Positions 38,736 through 49,273 of a stretch of 64,000 nt of DNA are shown one piece after another (position 1 is the stretch's first letter; each line of letters opens with the position of its first letter). Under the pieces are notes generated by a model. That model was not told the origin of the DNA. It did no database searches and was given only the letters and a program-made list of their open reading frames with translations. The translations under genes and the position numbers were made by a program. Location of the stretch: the IMG/VR virus record IMGVR_UViG_3300027969_000046; one strand, given 5' to 3'. The DNA is from a virus.

Positions 38736-41704
38736 ACGCAAATGAACTAGCTGAGTGGCTTATTGCTTTTACACAAGATGATGTGGATTACGAGGAAAAA
38801 TGGATTAAAGCTTCTGCCATCATGCTACGCCAGCAACACGACCGATTATGCTTGTTAGAAAATATTGTGATGGATTTAAAAGCAACAGTAATAAAGGCAC
38901 AAGAATGAAAATGATACCATTTGTTATTCCCATTGAGGCGGCAGACCAAATTACATTGGCCAATCTACAAGAAGCCCGTAGATATATGTTGAATGAATTA
39001 AAACAACATAAGAAAGGTGACTACTGGATTCATCCAGAGGACATTGGACACTATGGGGGTTATCTCAAGGCGTTAGATGTTTTAATTCCTTACTATGGTG
39101 GTTGAGTATGAGTGATTATAATCCTGATAAATGGTTAGTTGTTAAGATTATTGGAAAAGACACACCGCCAATCTATAAAGTCTTTGCTTGTTGGTATGGT
39201 GGTTATCTTGGCTCTGATTCTTGGAAACTTAATTCAGGCATTACCGCTGTGATTGAAAAAGATGATTATTTCTTCTTTTATGGTTCTAGTGGCTCAGTCT
39301 ATTCTTGTCGCAAGGGAAGTTATGGCGCCAATGGATATGGTCATGGCATTCTTCAGAATATGATAGATAGAATTGAAACAGCAGGCGGAACAGTTGAGGT
39401 TCTGCCTGAAGAAACAAATTGGTTGGAGATAGATTATGAGTGATGATACACATTTTTTAGTTGGTAAAACAGATGAAAAGACTATATTGAGGATCGGTGA
39501 TAGTATTGCCACGACCTTAATAATGAATCAAAAATCCACAGTTGATTTGATTAGGCTTTTAGCTTCCACACTTGATGATGATAAGTGGAAATTTAGTATT
39601 AGAATTGATCCAAAAGGTGAATCTAATGAGTGAAGAAAAACTAGACGGCAAGTCAACCATTGAGTTGAACCTTGATAAAGAATTATTGTTTGATTTGATG
39701 CTCATGGCACACGAGCGGGACATTACTTTGAATCAATTAATTGAAGAAGCATTAAGATTGTTTATTGAAGAACACGAGAAAAACAAATGAAATGGTTAAT
39801 ATATCTAATGATATTTTGCGTAGCCTATTCTATTGGCTATAACAAAGGCATCAACCATGCCCATGTAACAATAGAGGCACCGAAGTGATTGAAATACTGA
39901 TTATTATATTTGCCTTTCTTATGGGCTTTATGATTGGTCGTGATAGGGCGCCAATGGTGATAGACGACCAGGTAGATGAAATAGAACGATTAAGCAAGCA
40001 AGTGGAGTATTACAAAGACCTATGCAAGTGGCATATTAAAGATAAGGAGAGGCTGAGTAAGCGATGACTACATTTAATTATAATCCAGATGATGATGAAC
40101 CACCATTCCTGCTGCCTGGTGACATAGATAGGATGCGACAAGAAGCGAAGCAGAAAATGGGAGGTAAACGACCACTCACTATCCAAGAGGAAATTGTTGC
40201 CGCCTTGTCGAAACCTTTTGTACCTAACATAGAGAATGACCGATGAAAACCGATGTATCTGGCAAATGGATTGCCGTGAGTGATTATAAGACCATGCAAC
40301 AACAAGAAACCGAAGCCATCCTGAATATGGGTGAGTGTATCAAGGCACTAGAGCAACAGTTAGCCAATGCTAATGCTCGTATCACCGAATTAGAGCAACA
40401 AATCTACGGGTCAAAATGAATCCATTAAGTTTACTCAATACTGCTATTGATACACTATGGTATTGGACATATGGTATTCTTGTGGGTTGGGGCGCCAGTT
40501 TTACTATACTTGTAGCACTATTCATAGTAGTATTCATAAAGATAATCCGACTTAACCATCGTATCAATTACCTCAACAACCGATTAGTATCACTTGACCG
40601 AGAAGTCAGCCTAACCCTTAATAAGATAAACAAATGAGATTAGTATATTATAGAGGCCCCGAAGAAGTGGCATTCCAATTCTTTTGGGTCGATGAACAGA
40701 ACCAACGCAAGTCACCGACCTTCTATACCGAAGATGAAGCAAAGCAATGGTTAATTAAGTCAGTAACCACTATCGTAGATGAACCGAAACCGACCATCAC
40801 CGAGAGTAAACCAGATATAGTTCCTAACAAGGCATACACCGATGCCTATAATGCAGGTAAACTATATGCCGAGTTAGCGTTTGTAGAGCTAAAACAAGAT
40901 ATACTAGAACTGATAGAAGATGCCAAACCATCCAAACTACCAGATGTCCTAAAGAGAATTAAAGAATTGCTGAAGTGATACTAGAACATTCACAAGATCC
41001 TGTATCCGCCAAGTGGAATCACACCACCAATAGATGGGATGTAGGGAATAAGAAGAAGTTTAGATGGTGCAACAACAAAAACAAACCAGAATCCGACTGG
41101 TTCTATGATATAACCGATGCCCTAACATGGATAATAGACCACGATGAAAGTAAAGAAACTAATCAAAAAACTGTATAAAGCCATAGTATTACATAACCTA
41201 AAGAGAGAACGGAAAATCTATAAGAAGATTACCAAGAAATCTCTTAAGCATAAACATACAGAAGCAATACAATGAAACCAATCGCCTATCTAATGGTTGA
41301 GAGAAATACCCAAGAAAGATATGTCCAGACTAATACTCCTACAAGAGAGGAGAAGATTAGCCATGAACCATATCCATTATATCACCTAGAAGATGGTGTG
41401 AAAGTATATAATAACCGTGAAGAATATCTATCCGAATCCTTTGATAGAACCGCCAGTCATATGGCAGGTGAGTATATTAGCTATGAAGATAGATTATGCA
41501 CCCATGAAGAGCAAGAAGAATGGCTAAGAAATGTAAGAAAGACAGGATATTAACATGAAAGCAACCGAAGTAAAAACCAAAGAAGATTATATATTATACC
41601 TACAATCCGTCATAGATGATAAGGATAAGGTCATAGAGAACCAAATGAACCAGATAAAGAAACTATTAGGACTGTTAGCCAATAACACAAAACCTGCATT
41701 ATAA
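38732..41704 (+). CDS. Array of about 15 small hypothetical ORFs (e.g. 39102-39443, 39436-39633, 40416-40637, 40634-40978, 40975-41178, 41272-41553)
   Basis: Tightly coupled short + strand ORFs typical of T4-like accessory regions; no recognisable families. Confidence 0.55.
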
Positions 41705-41757
41705 CATAGGTAATGTTAGAGTGCAATTTCACAGTTAAATGCAAAAAGTAGCAAATG

Positions 41758-41912
41758 GTGTGAAAAAGTGGTAGAGAATTGGCATAGATAGGATAGTATT
41801 AGAATATAACATACCCACCACGCCTATCGTAGAAGCGCAACCTTGGTGGGTTTTTTATTGTGTAGAAAAGTGGTAAAAAGTGTGAAAAAGTGGTAGAGAA
41901 GTAGCATAGATA
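41758..41912. repeat. 33-bp imperfect direct repeat (41758-41790, 41880-41912) plus a partial third copy
   Basis: GTGTGAAAAAGTGGTAGAGAA identical in both, followed by TTGGCATAGATA / GTAGCATAGATA; AAAAGTGGTA also at 41866. Confidence 0.85.
41813..41857 (+). terminator. Long-loop hairpin with T tract
   Basis: ACCCACCA-23 nt-TGGTGGGT then T run. Confidence 0.65.
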
Positions 41913-41917
41913 ATTCC

Positions 41918-42232
41918 ATGCCGAATGTATATGCTAAGAAACAATGTCCGAATTGCAAAAAGACTCACAGAGGTCGTGGACAGTATTGCTGTATCTCATG
42001 TGGAATGACTGGCCGCACAGTATCCGCAGAGACCAGACTGAAATTATCTAAGAAGTCCACAGAGTATAGAAACACACCAGAGGGTATCGCAACAACCAAA
42101 ACCATTGCGAGAGTTACTGAGAAGCGCCACGATATCAATCAAAAAATCAAAGATGGTCATTATATACTAGAACCAGAGGACTATTATCTGGACATCTGGT
42201 CTAGTGAAGATGACGATAATATTAAGTTATAA
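41918..42232 (+). CDS. Zinc-finger / NUMOD3-like small protein
   Basis: CPNC...YCCISC, SAETRLKLS. Confidence 0.55.
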   Translation: MPNVYAKKQCPNCKKTHRGRGQYCCISCGMTGRTVSAETRLKLSKKSTEYRNTPEGIATTKTIARVTEKRHDINQKIKDGHYILEPEDYYLDIWSSEDDDNIKL

Positions 42233-42401
42233 TCATAGCACTACGGTCTGGTGCAATTCTATTCAATTCACTCTCATAAGCATCATATAAACTCTTAGCG
42301 GTTTTTGTGAGGCTCCCTTGTTGGTTCTTTCTCTCAATTAATTCTGATTGGGCAAGGTACAGAGCGTTATAGTATTGGTCTGGTGTCAGATTGATATTCA
42401 T
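42222..42401 (-). CDS. 59-aa hypothetical protein, the only well-supported minus-strand gene
   Basis: Minus-strand SD AAGGA before ATG and own promoter TTGACA-17-TAGGAT (42456-42428); MNINLTPDQYYNALYLAQSEL... Confidence 0.7.
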   Translation of the reverse strand: MNINLTPDQYYNALYLAQSELIERKNQQGSLTKTAKSLYDAYESELNRIAPDRSAMIIT

Positions 42402-42496
42402 ATATTTCCTTTTTTAGTTAACCAGCCATCCTAACATATTGGGCAAAGTTTGTCAAGCCCCCTCGTAAGCCCTTGAAATATAAGGGCTTTTTTACG

Positions 42497-42549
42497 TGTT
42501 GCGTGGATACAACAGGGGGCCTTGACAATTACCGTGGTTTTGATATAAT
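42497..42549 (+). promoter_or_regulatory. Promoter with TGTTG-N8-CAACA box
   Basis: Box 42497-42514; TTGACA-16-TATAAT. Confidence 0.85.
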
Positions 42550-42662
42550 GGCCACATGATGAAAAATATTGATATAAATGCGCTGGGCAATAAAGTGTTG
42601 GGTTATGTTATTGCGTTTGGTTACGGTTTTCTCGTGGCCATGATGATTTTTGAAAGGGTGCA

Positions 42663-43328
42663 ATGAATCTCTCTAAACTACAAGCTGACATTCAGTTGAA
42701 GCAAGATATACTGTCCTTCATTGAGCAAGGCGGTATGATTAAAGTGGGTAAGACCAAAGCGGTTCGCAAGTGTCAGACCTTCCGTAACAATAAATTTTCA
42801 GTCTATAACATGGGTCATCAAAAAGCCTGTGCTCGTGGCTTCATTAAGGAATAATATGATTACTTTAAACCGTGCAGAATTAATTGAGTTGCTATCCTAT
42901 AAGGGTTTTACGACCGATTATCTAATGACCAAGGACGATGAGACCTTGGAGAATCTTTATATTGAATACATTGTTTTAGCAGAGGATTATGTATGAGCAG
43001 AATGAAAGACCTAGCCATTGCGTTGGATGAATACGCTGATTATCTGAAGGCTAACTATAACCAGAGAGGTTATTCAAGGCCTGACCGCCAATTGACCGTT
43101 GAGTTTGATATGGGCTCGAAGTTTATTAAGGTTATCATTGGCCATACTGGTGACACCTCCCGTAGTAGCCATTCATTCATTGTGCTTGGTGAATATAAGA
43201 CCGCAAAGGCTACATTCAAGCATGGCGATATTCTAAAGAGTGCCAGTTGGCGTGCTCCCGCTAAGAATTTTGCAAGGGGCAATATCATGGAAAATGAATA
43301 CGGAAGTATCAGTTGGACGGGCGCCTAA
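42663..43328 (+). CDS. Early hypothetical ORFs (42663-42854; 42993-43328 with GDILKSASWRAPAK motif)
   Basis: SDs; motif common in early phage proteins. Confidence 0.65.
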
Positions 43329-43332
43329 TGGG

Positions 43333-43385
43333 CTGTGCTAAAAAACAACAGCAGGCCTTGACAATTGCCTTGGTTGTGTTATACT
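43333..43385 (+). promoter_or_regulatory. Promoter with degenerate CAACA box
   Basis: CTGTG-N8-CAACA; TTGACA-16-TATACT. Confidence 0.8.
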
Positions 43386-43430
43386 AGCCACATAGATTGA
43401 AAAACAAACGAAATTTTTAAAGGAAACAAA

Positions 43431-43935
43431 ATGTCAAATATTACAGTTGCTATGAAGTCTGAAATCGTTGCTAAGCGTGCTGAGTTGAAAACAATGGTCG
43501 CTCAGTATAAAGAAGCAGTTGCTGCTGAAAAAGAAGTGCGAGCTGCTGCTAAACAAGCTAAAGCGATGGCTAAGTCAGTTAAAGCGTTTGAGAGTGCTAA
43601 GAAAAAAGTGGCTCGTATCGCTAAGTTGGAAGCTAAACTTGCTGCTCTCAAAAACCCACCAGTTGGTACTAAGGCAATTAAGGCAAATAAGAAGCCTTCC
43701 AAAGTTACCGTATTGAAGATGGCTGCCTAATATGATTGCCGACATGAGCTTCGTGGTCGCTAGTCTAAGGCTGACCGATGATAAAGTAATCGGTCAAGTC
43801 CAAAAAAGCAGAATGTATGGGCGTGACCTGTTATATACTGTCCGCCTCCAGACTCCTGTTAAGTTGAGATGGCGCAGAGAAGCCGTCCGTGAGATGTTAT
43901 TTTCAGAGGATGAATTAAAGGTTATTAATGCGTAA
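43431..43935 (+). CDS. Lys/Ala-rich coiled-coil protein (43431-43730) and hypothetical (43732-43935)
   Basis: Strong SD AAGGA; composition. Confidence 0.65.
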
Positions 43936-44227
43936 AAAGAGGTCAGACCGTAACCATGTGCTGTATCAGCTGACAATAGGTGAGCAGACCTATATTGGCC
44001 TTACAGTTGCAATTGGTCAAGCCTATTTGAGAAGCGTTAAGGTCAGAGTGCAGAAGCACCTGAGCAGAGCCAAAAAAGAGCAGAAGGATTGGGCAATATG
44101 CGAAGCGCTGAGAGGTGATGATAGCATACAGTATGAGGTGCTAGAGGTGGTCAGAGGTCGCAAGGCAGCTCACAGTAGAGAGCGCCAGTTGATAGCAGAG
44201 TATCAGCCTTCACTTAATACATTCTGA
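43928..44227 (+). CDS. Small GIY-YIG-like protein
   Basis: VLYQL...YIGLT, R..KH, AHSRE..LI...PSLN. Confidence 0.6.
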   Translation: MRKKRSDRNHVLYQLTIGEQTYIGLTVAIGQAYLRSVKVRVQKHLSRAKKEQKDWAICEALRGDDSIQYEVLEVVRGRKAAHSRERQLIAEYQPSLNTF

Positions 44228-44271
44228 AGCAGAGGGTGGTGGGGGTCAGCCCGAAACCACAGGAGCCATAT

Positions 44272-44430
44272 AGTAAGGATCCTTACTTTTTTGATTAGTG
44301 ATAGTAGGATCCTTAGTGTCTGGAACAATGCTTTTTTAGAGAGAGATTTCGTAAAAATCCTGGCCAGCCAGAGAATTCGTGGAAGTCGTTTCTAAAAAAT
44401 CCGCGGCCAGGAAATTTACCGTGGAAGTCG
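44272..44430. repeat. Perfect 16-bp palindrome and tandem imperfect repeats in intergenic DNA
   Basis: AGTAAGGATCCTTACT 44272-44287; near copy TAGTAGGATCCTTAG at 44302; AAAAATCC..GGCCAG twice; CGTGGAAGTCG at 44378 and 44420. Confidence 0.8.
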
Positions 44431-44538
44431 AGTGGCATTCTAATGATTGCCTCTCTATGGTCTACAATGTGTTACAATGGAATTATCTTTCTTTATCTAA
44501 GAATGGATAATTATTCAATTTAAATAAAAGGAAATAAA

Positions 44539-46094
44539 ATGTTTATACAGTTAACCCGTTTTCAGAATACCTTTGGAGATACAGAGCCAGTCTTTGTGAA
44601 TCCTCGCCAAATTGAGTGTTTCTTTCCCTTTAAAGATGCCTATGGTGGCCGTGAAATTGAGGTCACAAAGGTTCAGTTTAACCAAGGACATCTGATAGTC
44701 CAAGAATCTCTTACTACTATTCAGAGTTATATTATATCGGCTATGAGAGGATAACATGGATGAATTTCTACATGAGATTTATGTGTGGTGGCTAATGTTC
44801 ATTAATATGATTGAAATGTGGTTTAGATAATGGAAGTATTCTCTCAAATTCTTATTAATGCCATTGTGATGTTCTTTATATTTGCATGGACATTTGTAAT
44901 GGTCATTGTGGGTGTTCTATTGTTTTCAGAGGGTAGATGAAATGAGCTACGAAGATAAATTCAGGATTAAACTGATGCTCTTAGCAATGGTCGGTATGGT
45001 TATAGGGTTGATTCTATGAATATTGAGAATATGATAATGGATGAATTTTGGTATGTCCTGATGATACTGTATTTCGGTGTAATGGGATTTGCCTTGGCGT
45101 TTTTTGTTGGATTGGTATTGTGAGGAACCTAGGAGCGCGGAGCGCCTCGGAAACCTTGAAGAAATAAGAGTGGTAATTGTAGTATGAATAGTAGAATTGA
45201 AGAATTAGCCAAAGAGTGTGGTGCATGGAACCAAGTCTATGGTAATAGAAACTTTATGCTTGACGAGCACTTTGATATAGAAAAGTTTGCTAAGTTGATT
45301 GTTAAAGAATGTATGGATGAATGCCTGCGTATGCAATTAGGTAATCAATATACACCAGAAGAAATGTTGTTTCAAACTAAGTATCGTAAGATTATCAAAG
45401 AACATTTCGGAGTTGAAGAATGACACAAGATGAAATTATTGAATTGGCTATCCAAGGTCATGCAAGCACAAGAGATGCTATTCGGTGGGCTATGAACCAA
45501 GAGCGTGAGGCGTGTGCAAAGTTATTAGAAACAACAGACTTAGGTGGACTAAAAGATAACCCAGCAATGCAGAGTTGGGTTGCAGAAATGTTGTTGGCTT
45601 ATGTAAAAGTAATCAGAGCAAGGGGACAAGCATGACCACAGTAATTGCGATGGCTATAATTATAGTAATGGAGTTTTTATGAATGGTAGGACTTGGGCTG
45701 ATGTAATAGTCATTCTATTATTGTTTGTTTTTTTGTATATACATTTGAGGTACTAATGAAGATTGTAATTAATAATTGTCATGGTGGTTTTGGCTTAAGT
45801 GATGAAGCCACGGAGTTATACGCTAAGTATAAAGGTCTTGACCTACGAAAAGAGGAAAAGAATACTAATTCGGTTCTGCCGAGTGATTATTATGTTGGTG
45901 ATGAATGGTTCAATTACCGATATATTGACCGCAACGATGTGGACTTGGTTCGTGTGGTGCAAGAGCTGGGTGAGAAAGCCGATGGGTTTTGTTCTAAACT
46001 AAAACTGGTCGATATTCCTACCGATGTTCAATGGACTATTGAAGAATACGATGGCATGGAATGGGTCGCCGAGAAACATAGGACATGGTCTTAA
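44539..46094 (+). CDS. Array of small ORFs including six micro-ORFs, mostly hydrophobic, and 45184-45423, 45420-45635, 45756-46094
   Basis: TAATG/ATGA coupling; 45756 protein starts MKIVINNCHGGFGLS. Confidence 0.6.
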
Positions 46095-46105
46095 AAGTCG
46101 TTTAA

Positions 46106-46174
46106 AATCAAGAGCTTAGCGCTGTTGTTTTTCTGCAACAGGGGGCTTGTGTTTTCCACTGGTTCGTGTATAAT
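46106..46174 (+). promoter_or_regulatory. IHF-consensus site + TGTTG-N8-CAACA box + promoter
   Basis: AATCAAGAGCTTA; box 46123-46140; TTGTGT-16-TATAAT. Confidence 0.8.
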
Positions 46175-46204
46175 GGTTCCTGTTGAGTTGATAAGGAAAC
46201 AAAA

Positions 46205-47457
46205 ATGATGAAATTTGAAGGTGTTGCAAAAGTTGGTGATGTAATTCGTGCTTATGATTTTAAGCCAATGTTTGGTCGTTCCGATGCTTATGTTGAAGGA
46301 ATTGTTGAAAATGCCAATTGCACAGAGCCTGGCTACAAGTGCTACAAAATCACTTGTGTAGCAGATTTTTGGGACGGTAAATTCCGTAAGGGTGTTCGCT
46401 CTAGTCGGATTGCTAAAATTGTTTTTGTTCCAATGGAAGTGTCGTTCATGGAATATGATGCTCGAATTATTAACTTGTCAAAATAAGGATTATTATGTCA
46501 TACGCTAAATTATCAGTTGAAGAATTACAAGGTTATTTCAGCGATTTCCATAAAGATTATTATGGTTTTCGTCCTCGTGGTTTTGGTACTGTTGAGCAGT
46601 GGAATGACCGTGATTGGCTAATTGCTAATATTGAGCAAATTCATGGCGCTATTGATGCCATGAAAGCAACCTTTTCTGGTCGTGAAGAATTACGCCAACA
46701 AGGTTGGGTTGTTGAAGAAACCGATCCTGAATTAGCTAAAAGAGCCAAGTGGCTCGCTGATGAAAGAAAGCGGGAGCAAGATGATTTTTTGGCTCAAATG
46801 GATGCTGATTGGGCTGAACAAATGGAGAAAGCAGATATTAATGATTGATTTTTTAAAGTGGATTGCCACACTAATCACTTTAGCAGGCGCCCTCGCTACA
46901 ACGCTGGCGCTTGACCCGTTGAATATCTACCTATTGAATTTAGGTGCCGTATTGTTTTTAATATGGGGTATTCTGATTAAAGAAAAAGCAATGGTCGCTG
47001 TTAATGCAGGACTATTGGGAATTTATGTATTTGGTTTAATGTTGAGAGTATAAGTAATGGAACTTTATAAAAGGTTTGTATGGATGATTCAGAAAAGTTC
47101 GATGGGTTCTACATTTTACCAGGCGAAGATGATGGTATAAAATTATCTTATTTTGATTTTAAAGATGATTTTATTAAAGGCGAAAAAGTAGGTGGCACCG
47201 AAGTTGGTGATATGTACCATGTTATCTTTATGAGGACAGGCGATGACAGCTTGCCGATTTTAGATGACCATTTTGAGGCGATATTTTCGCATCCTGAGAC
47301 CTATGTGAGGAATCTATTAGGTGCGGATATCTTTGGTTGCTTTGTAAAGAAAACGGAAAACAGTTGGAAGTGGGTTGATAATTACCTCACAAGAACAATG
47401 GCTCGTGTTACAATGATGAAAATGTCAAGTTATGCGAAGTCTTTATCGGAAGATTAA
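46205..47457 (+). CDS. Four hypothetical ORFs (46205-46486, 46495-46848, membrane protein ending 47053, 47080-47457)
   Basis: SDs, packing. Confidence 0.6.
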
Positions 47458-47473
47458 TTGAAAGGAAAGAAAA

Positions 47474-48361
47474 ATGCCTAATTGGTGTGCTAATAATGTT
47501 GAGTTTCATAATGATGATGTTGCCGAAGTTGCAAAACTAGAAGCACACTTAAAATTTTTAGATGAACGAGAAAAAAATGAAACTGCCGAAGCAGGTTTAT
47601 TTGGTTATTTTGTGCCAAGACCACCAGAATTTGATGAAGGTGAATCTTGGTATGGTTGGAATGTTGCAAATTGGGGAACAAAATGGGAAGCTTCAATTTA
47701 TTCATGGGAAAAAGTGAATGAAAATTGTATTAAAATTAATTTTGATACAGCATGGGCACCGCCAATAGCGTTTTATGATTTTCTAGCAGGAGAAACCGAG
47801 TGGTATGTTACTGCTACCTATTGGGAACCTGGCATGGGATTCGTTGGACGCAATTGTGCAGGTGATGATGAGTGCTATGAGTATTCTAATGCTGAAGATG
47901 TTGAAGATATTCCTGAGGAATTGATTGAGGAATACAATTTGCGTGACCAATTCGAAGATGAAGAAGATTGGGACGAAGAAGAAGATGAGGAAACTGATGA
48001 AGAATCAGAATCCCGTTTAGCTCAAGAGTTGGAAGAATTGAAAACGGAGTTTGATTTGTTAAATGTGAGTGATGAACCTGCAAAAAATGCGTTTGCTGAC
48101 GAAAATGGTCGTGAATGGTTGCGTGAATTGTTGCGTGAACGAGTTGTTGGTGTTGTTTTTACAAAAAAAGACGGCACGGAACGTGTTATGCAAGCTACTT
48201 TGAGTGAAGAATTCATTCCGCAAGCAGACCGAAGCGAAAATTCGACAAATATTCGCAAAAAATCAGATGAAGCGCTTGCAGTTTGGGATATTGAAGCAGA
48301 AGGCTGGCGTAGTTTTCGCTGGGATTCTGTAAAACAAGTGAATTTTACGTTGGGAGAGTAA
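47474..48361 (+). CDS. DUF1281/YubB-like domain + acidic linker + WYL-like SH3 domain
   Basis: MPNWC, WNVANWGTKW, FDTAWAPP; FTKKDGTERVM, WRSFRWD. Confidence 0.7.
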   Translation: MPNWCANNVEFHNDDVAEVAKLEAHLKFLDEREKNETAEAGLFGYFVPRPPEFDEGESWYGWNVANWGTKWEASIYSWEKVNENCIKINFDTAWAPPIAFYDFLAGETEWYVTATYWEPGMGFVGRNCAGDDECYEYSNAEDVEDIPEELIEEYNLRDQFEDEEDWDEEEDEETDEESESRLAQELEELKTEFDLLNVSDEPAKNAFADENGREWLRELLRERVVGVVFTKKDGTERVMQATLSEEFIPQADRSENSTNIRKKSDEALAVWDIEAEGWRSFRWDSVKQVNFTLGE

Positions 48362-48364
48362 AAA

Positions 48365-48631
48365 ATGACAAAATATATTGTTGAATCTATTGGAATGTTC
48401 CGACAAGTTCATATTGTTGAAGCGGAAAATGAAGAAGCAGCGTTTAAAATTGCGGAAACTGCTGATGACAATTGGCAGGAATTTCTCGGTATGACAAAAA
48501 TTGATGTAACAGAATTTACCGAAGAACACGCAGATGTTTTCAGGAAAAAAGAGTATTTTTGGGAAGGACTTTCATTTAAAGATGAAAACGGTGAAATAAA
48601 ATATAAGCATCCTGATGGGTCAGTTGCTTAA
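48365..48631 (+). CDS. Hypothetical protein
   Basis: SD GGAG. Confidence 0.6.
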   Translation: MTKYIVESIGMFRQVHIVEAENEEAAFKIAETADDNWQEFLGMTKIDVTEFTEEHADVFRKKEYFWEGLSFKDENGEIKYKHPDGSVA

Positions 48632-48639
48632 TATATAAT

Positions 48640-48699
48640 AAAGTGCGTTGGACGATCCGAGTTATCGGAAGCAAACACCATAAGTGGCCAACGCATTTT
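48640..48699 (+). ncRNA. Candidate small three-way-junction RNA
   Basis: 12-bp closing stem with two inner hairpins, intergenic, upstream of tRNAs. Confidence 0.45.
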
Positions 48700-48717
48700 A
48701 CTATTGACAATTATTAT

Positions 48718-48795
48718 CGCAGAGTATGGAAGTGGTCTATCCGTCTGGTCTCATAAGCCATGAAATCGTTGGTTCGAATCCAACCTCTGCAACCA
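48718..48795 (+). tRNA. tRNA-Met(CAT), probably initiator
   Basis: Cloverleaf, CTCATAA loop, TTCGAAT, C1xA72 mismatch, encoded CCA. Confidence 0.88.
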
Positions 48796-48797
48796 AT

Positions 48798-48872
48798 GCT
48801 CGGGTCGTCTATCGGTTAGGACATTGCCCTTTCACGGCAAGAAGAGCGGTTCGATTCCGCTTCCGAGTGCCA
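48798..48872 (+). tRNA. tRNA-Glu(TTC)
   Basis: TTGCC-CTTTCAC-GGCAA arm, GGTTCGATT, CCA. Confidence 0.92.
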
Positions 48873-48888
48873 TTTTTGAGAGTTTAAT

Positions 48889-49267
48889 ATGACAATTCAG
48901 CAAGCATGGGATTTTATGGGTTGCTCAATGTTTGTTTCAGTTGGAATAATTTCAATTGTTGCAACCATTCTAGCAGTAAACAATTTATTCAGTAAGTTTT
49001 GGAAACCAATTAATCTATACAGCACAATATATAGATTTGTTGATGTTGAACAGGAGAAAACAAGTGAAGAAAAAGAAGGAAAGAATTCCCAAGGAAAGAA
49101 ACTACCTAGTCAAACTAGCTCTGTTTCGAAAAGCGGGAACGCACAAGAAAAGTAATAAAGCTTTAAGAAAGAACGAGAAACAGAAGGGGTATTATAATAA
49201 TACATTTGCCACATTAATCGGTAAATTAGTGTATAATGGTTATTATAATGCCTCTTCAAAAATATAG
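48889..49267 (+). CDS. Two small overlapping ORFs (membrane 48889-49155; basic, ending 49267)
   Basis: ORF track; RNYLVK..FRKAGTHKKS motif. Confidence 0.5.
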
Positions 49268-49273
49268 GAAATC

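Noticed and set aside
41758-41912. Mini CRISPR array
   Set aside because: Only two non-palindromic copies about 89 bp apart, and no cas genes
42032-42384. ACCAGA/TCTGGT motif flipping orientation near 42180
   Set aside because: Largely explained by Pro-Asp/Glu codons in two convergent ORFs
42497-42514. Assigning the dyad to PpsR/CrtJ (TGT-N12-ACA)
   Set aside because: The match is formal but too short to be informative, and nothing else supports it
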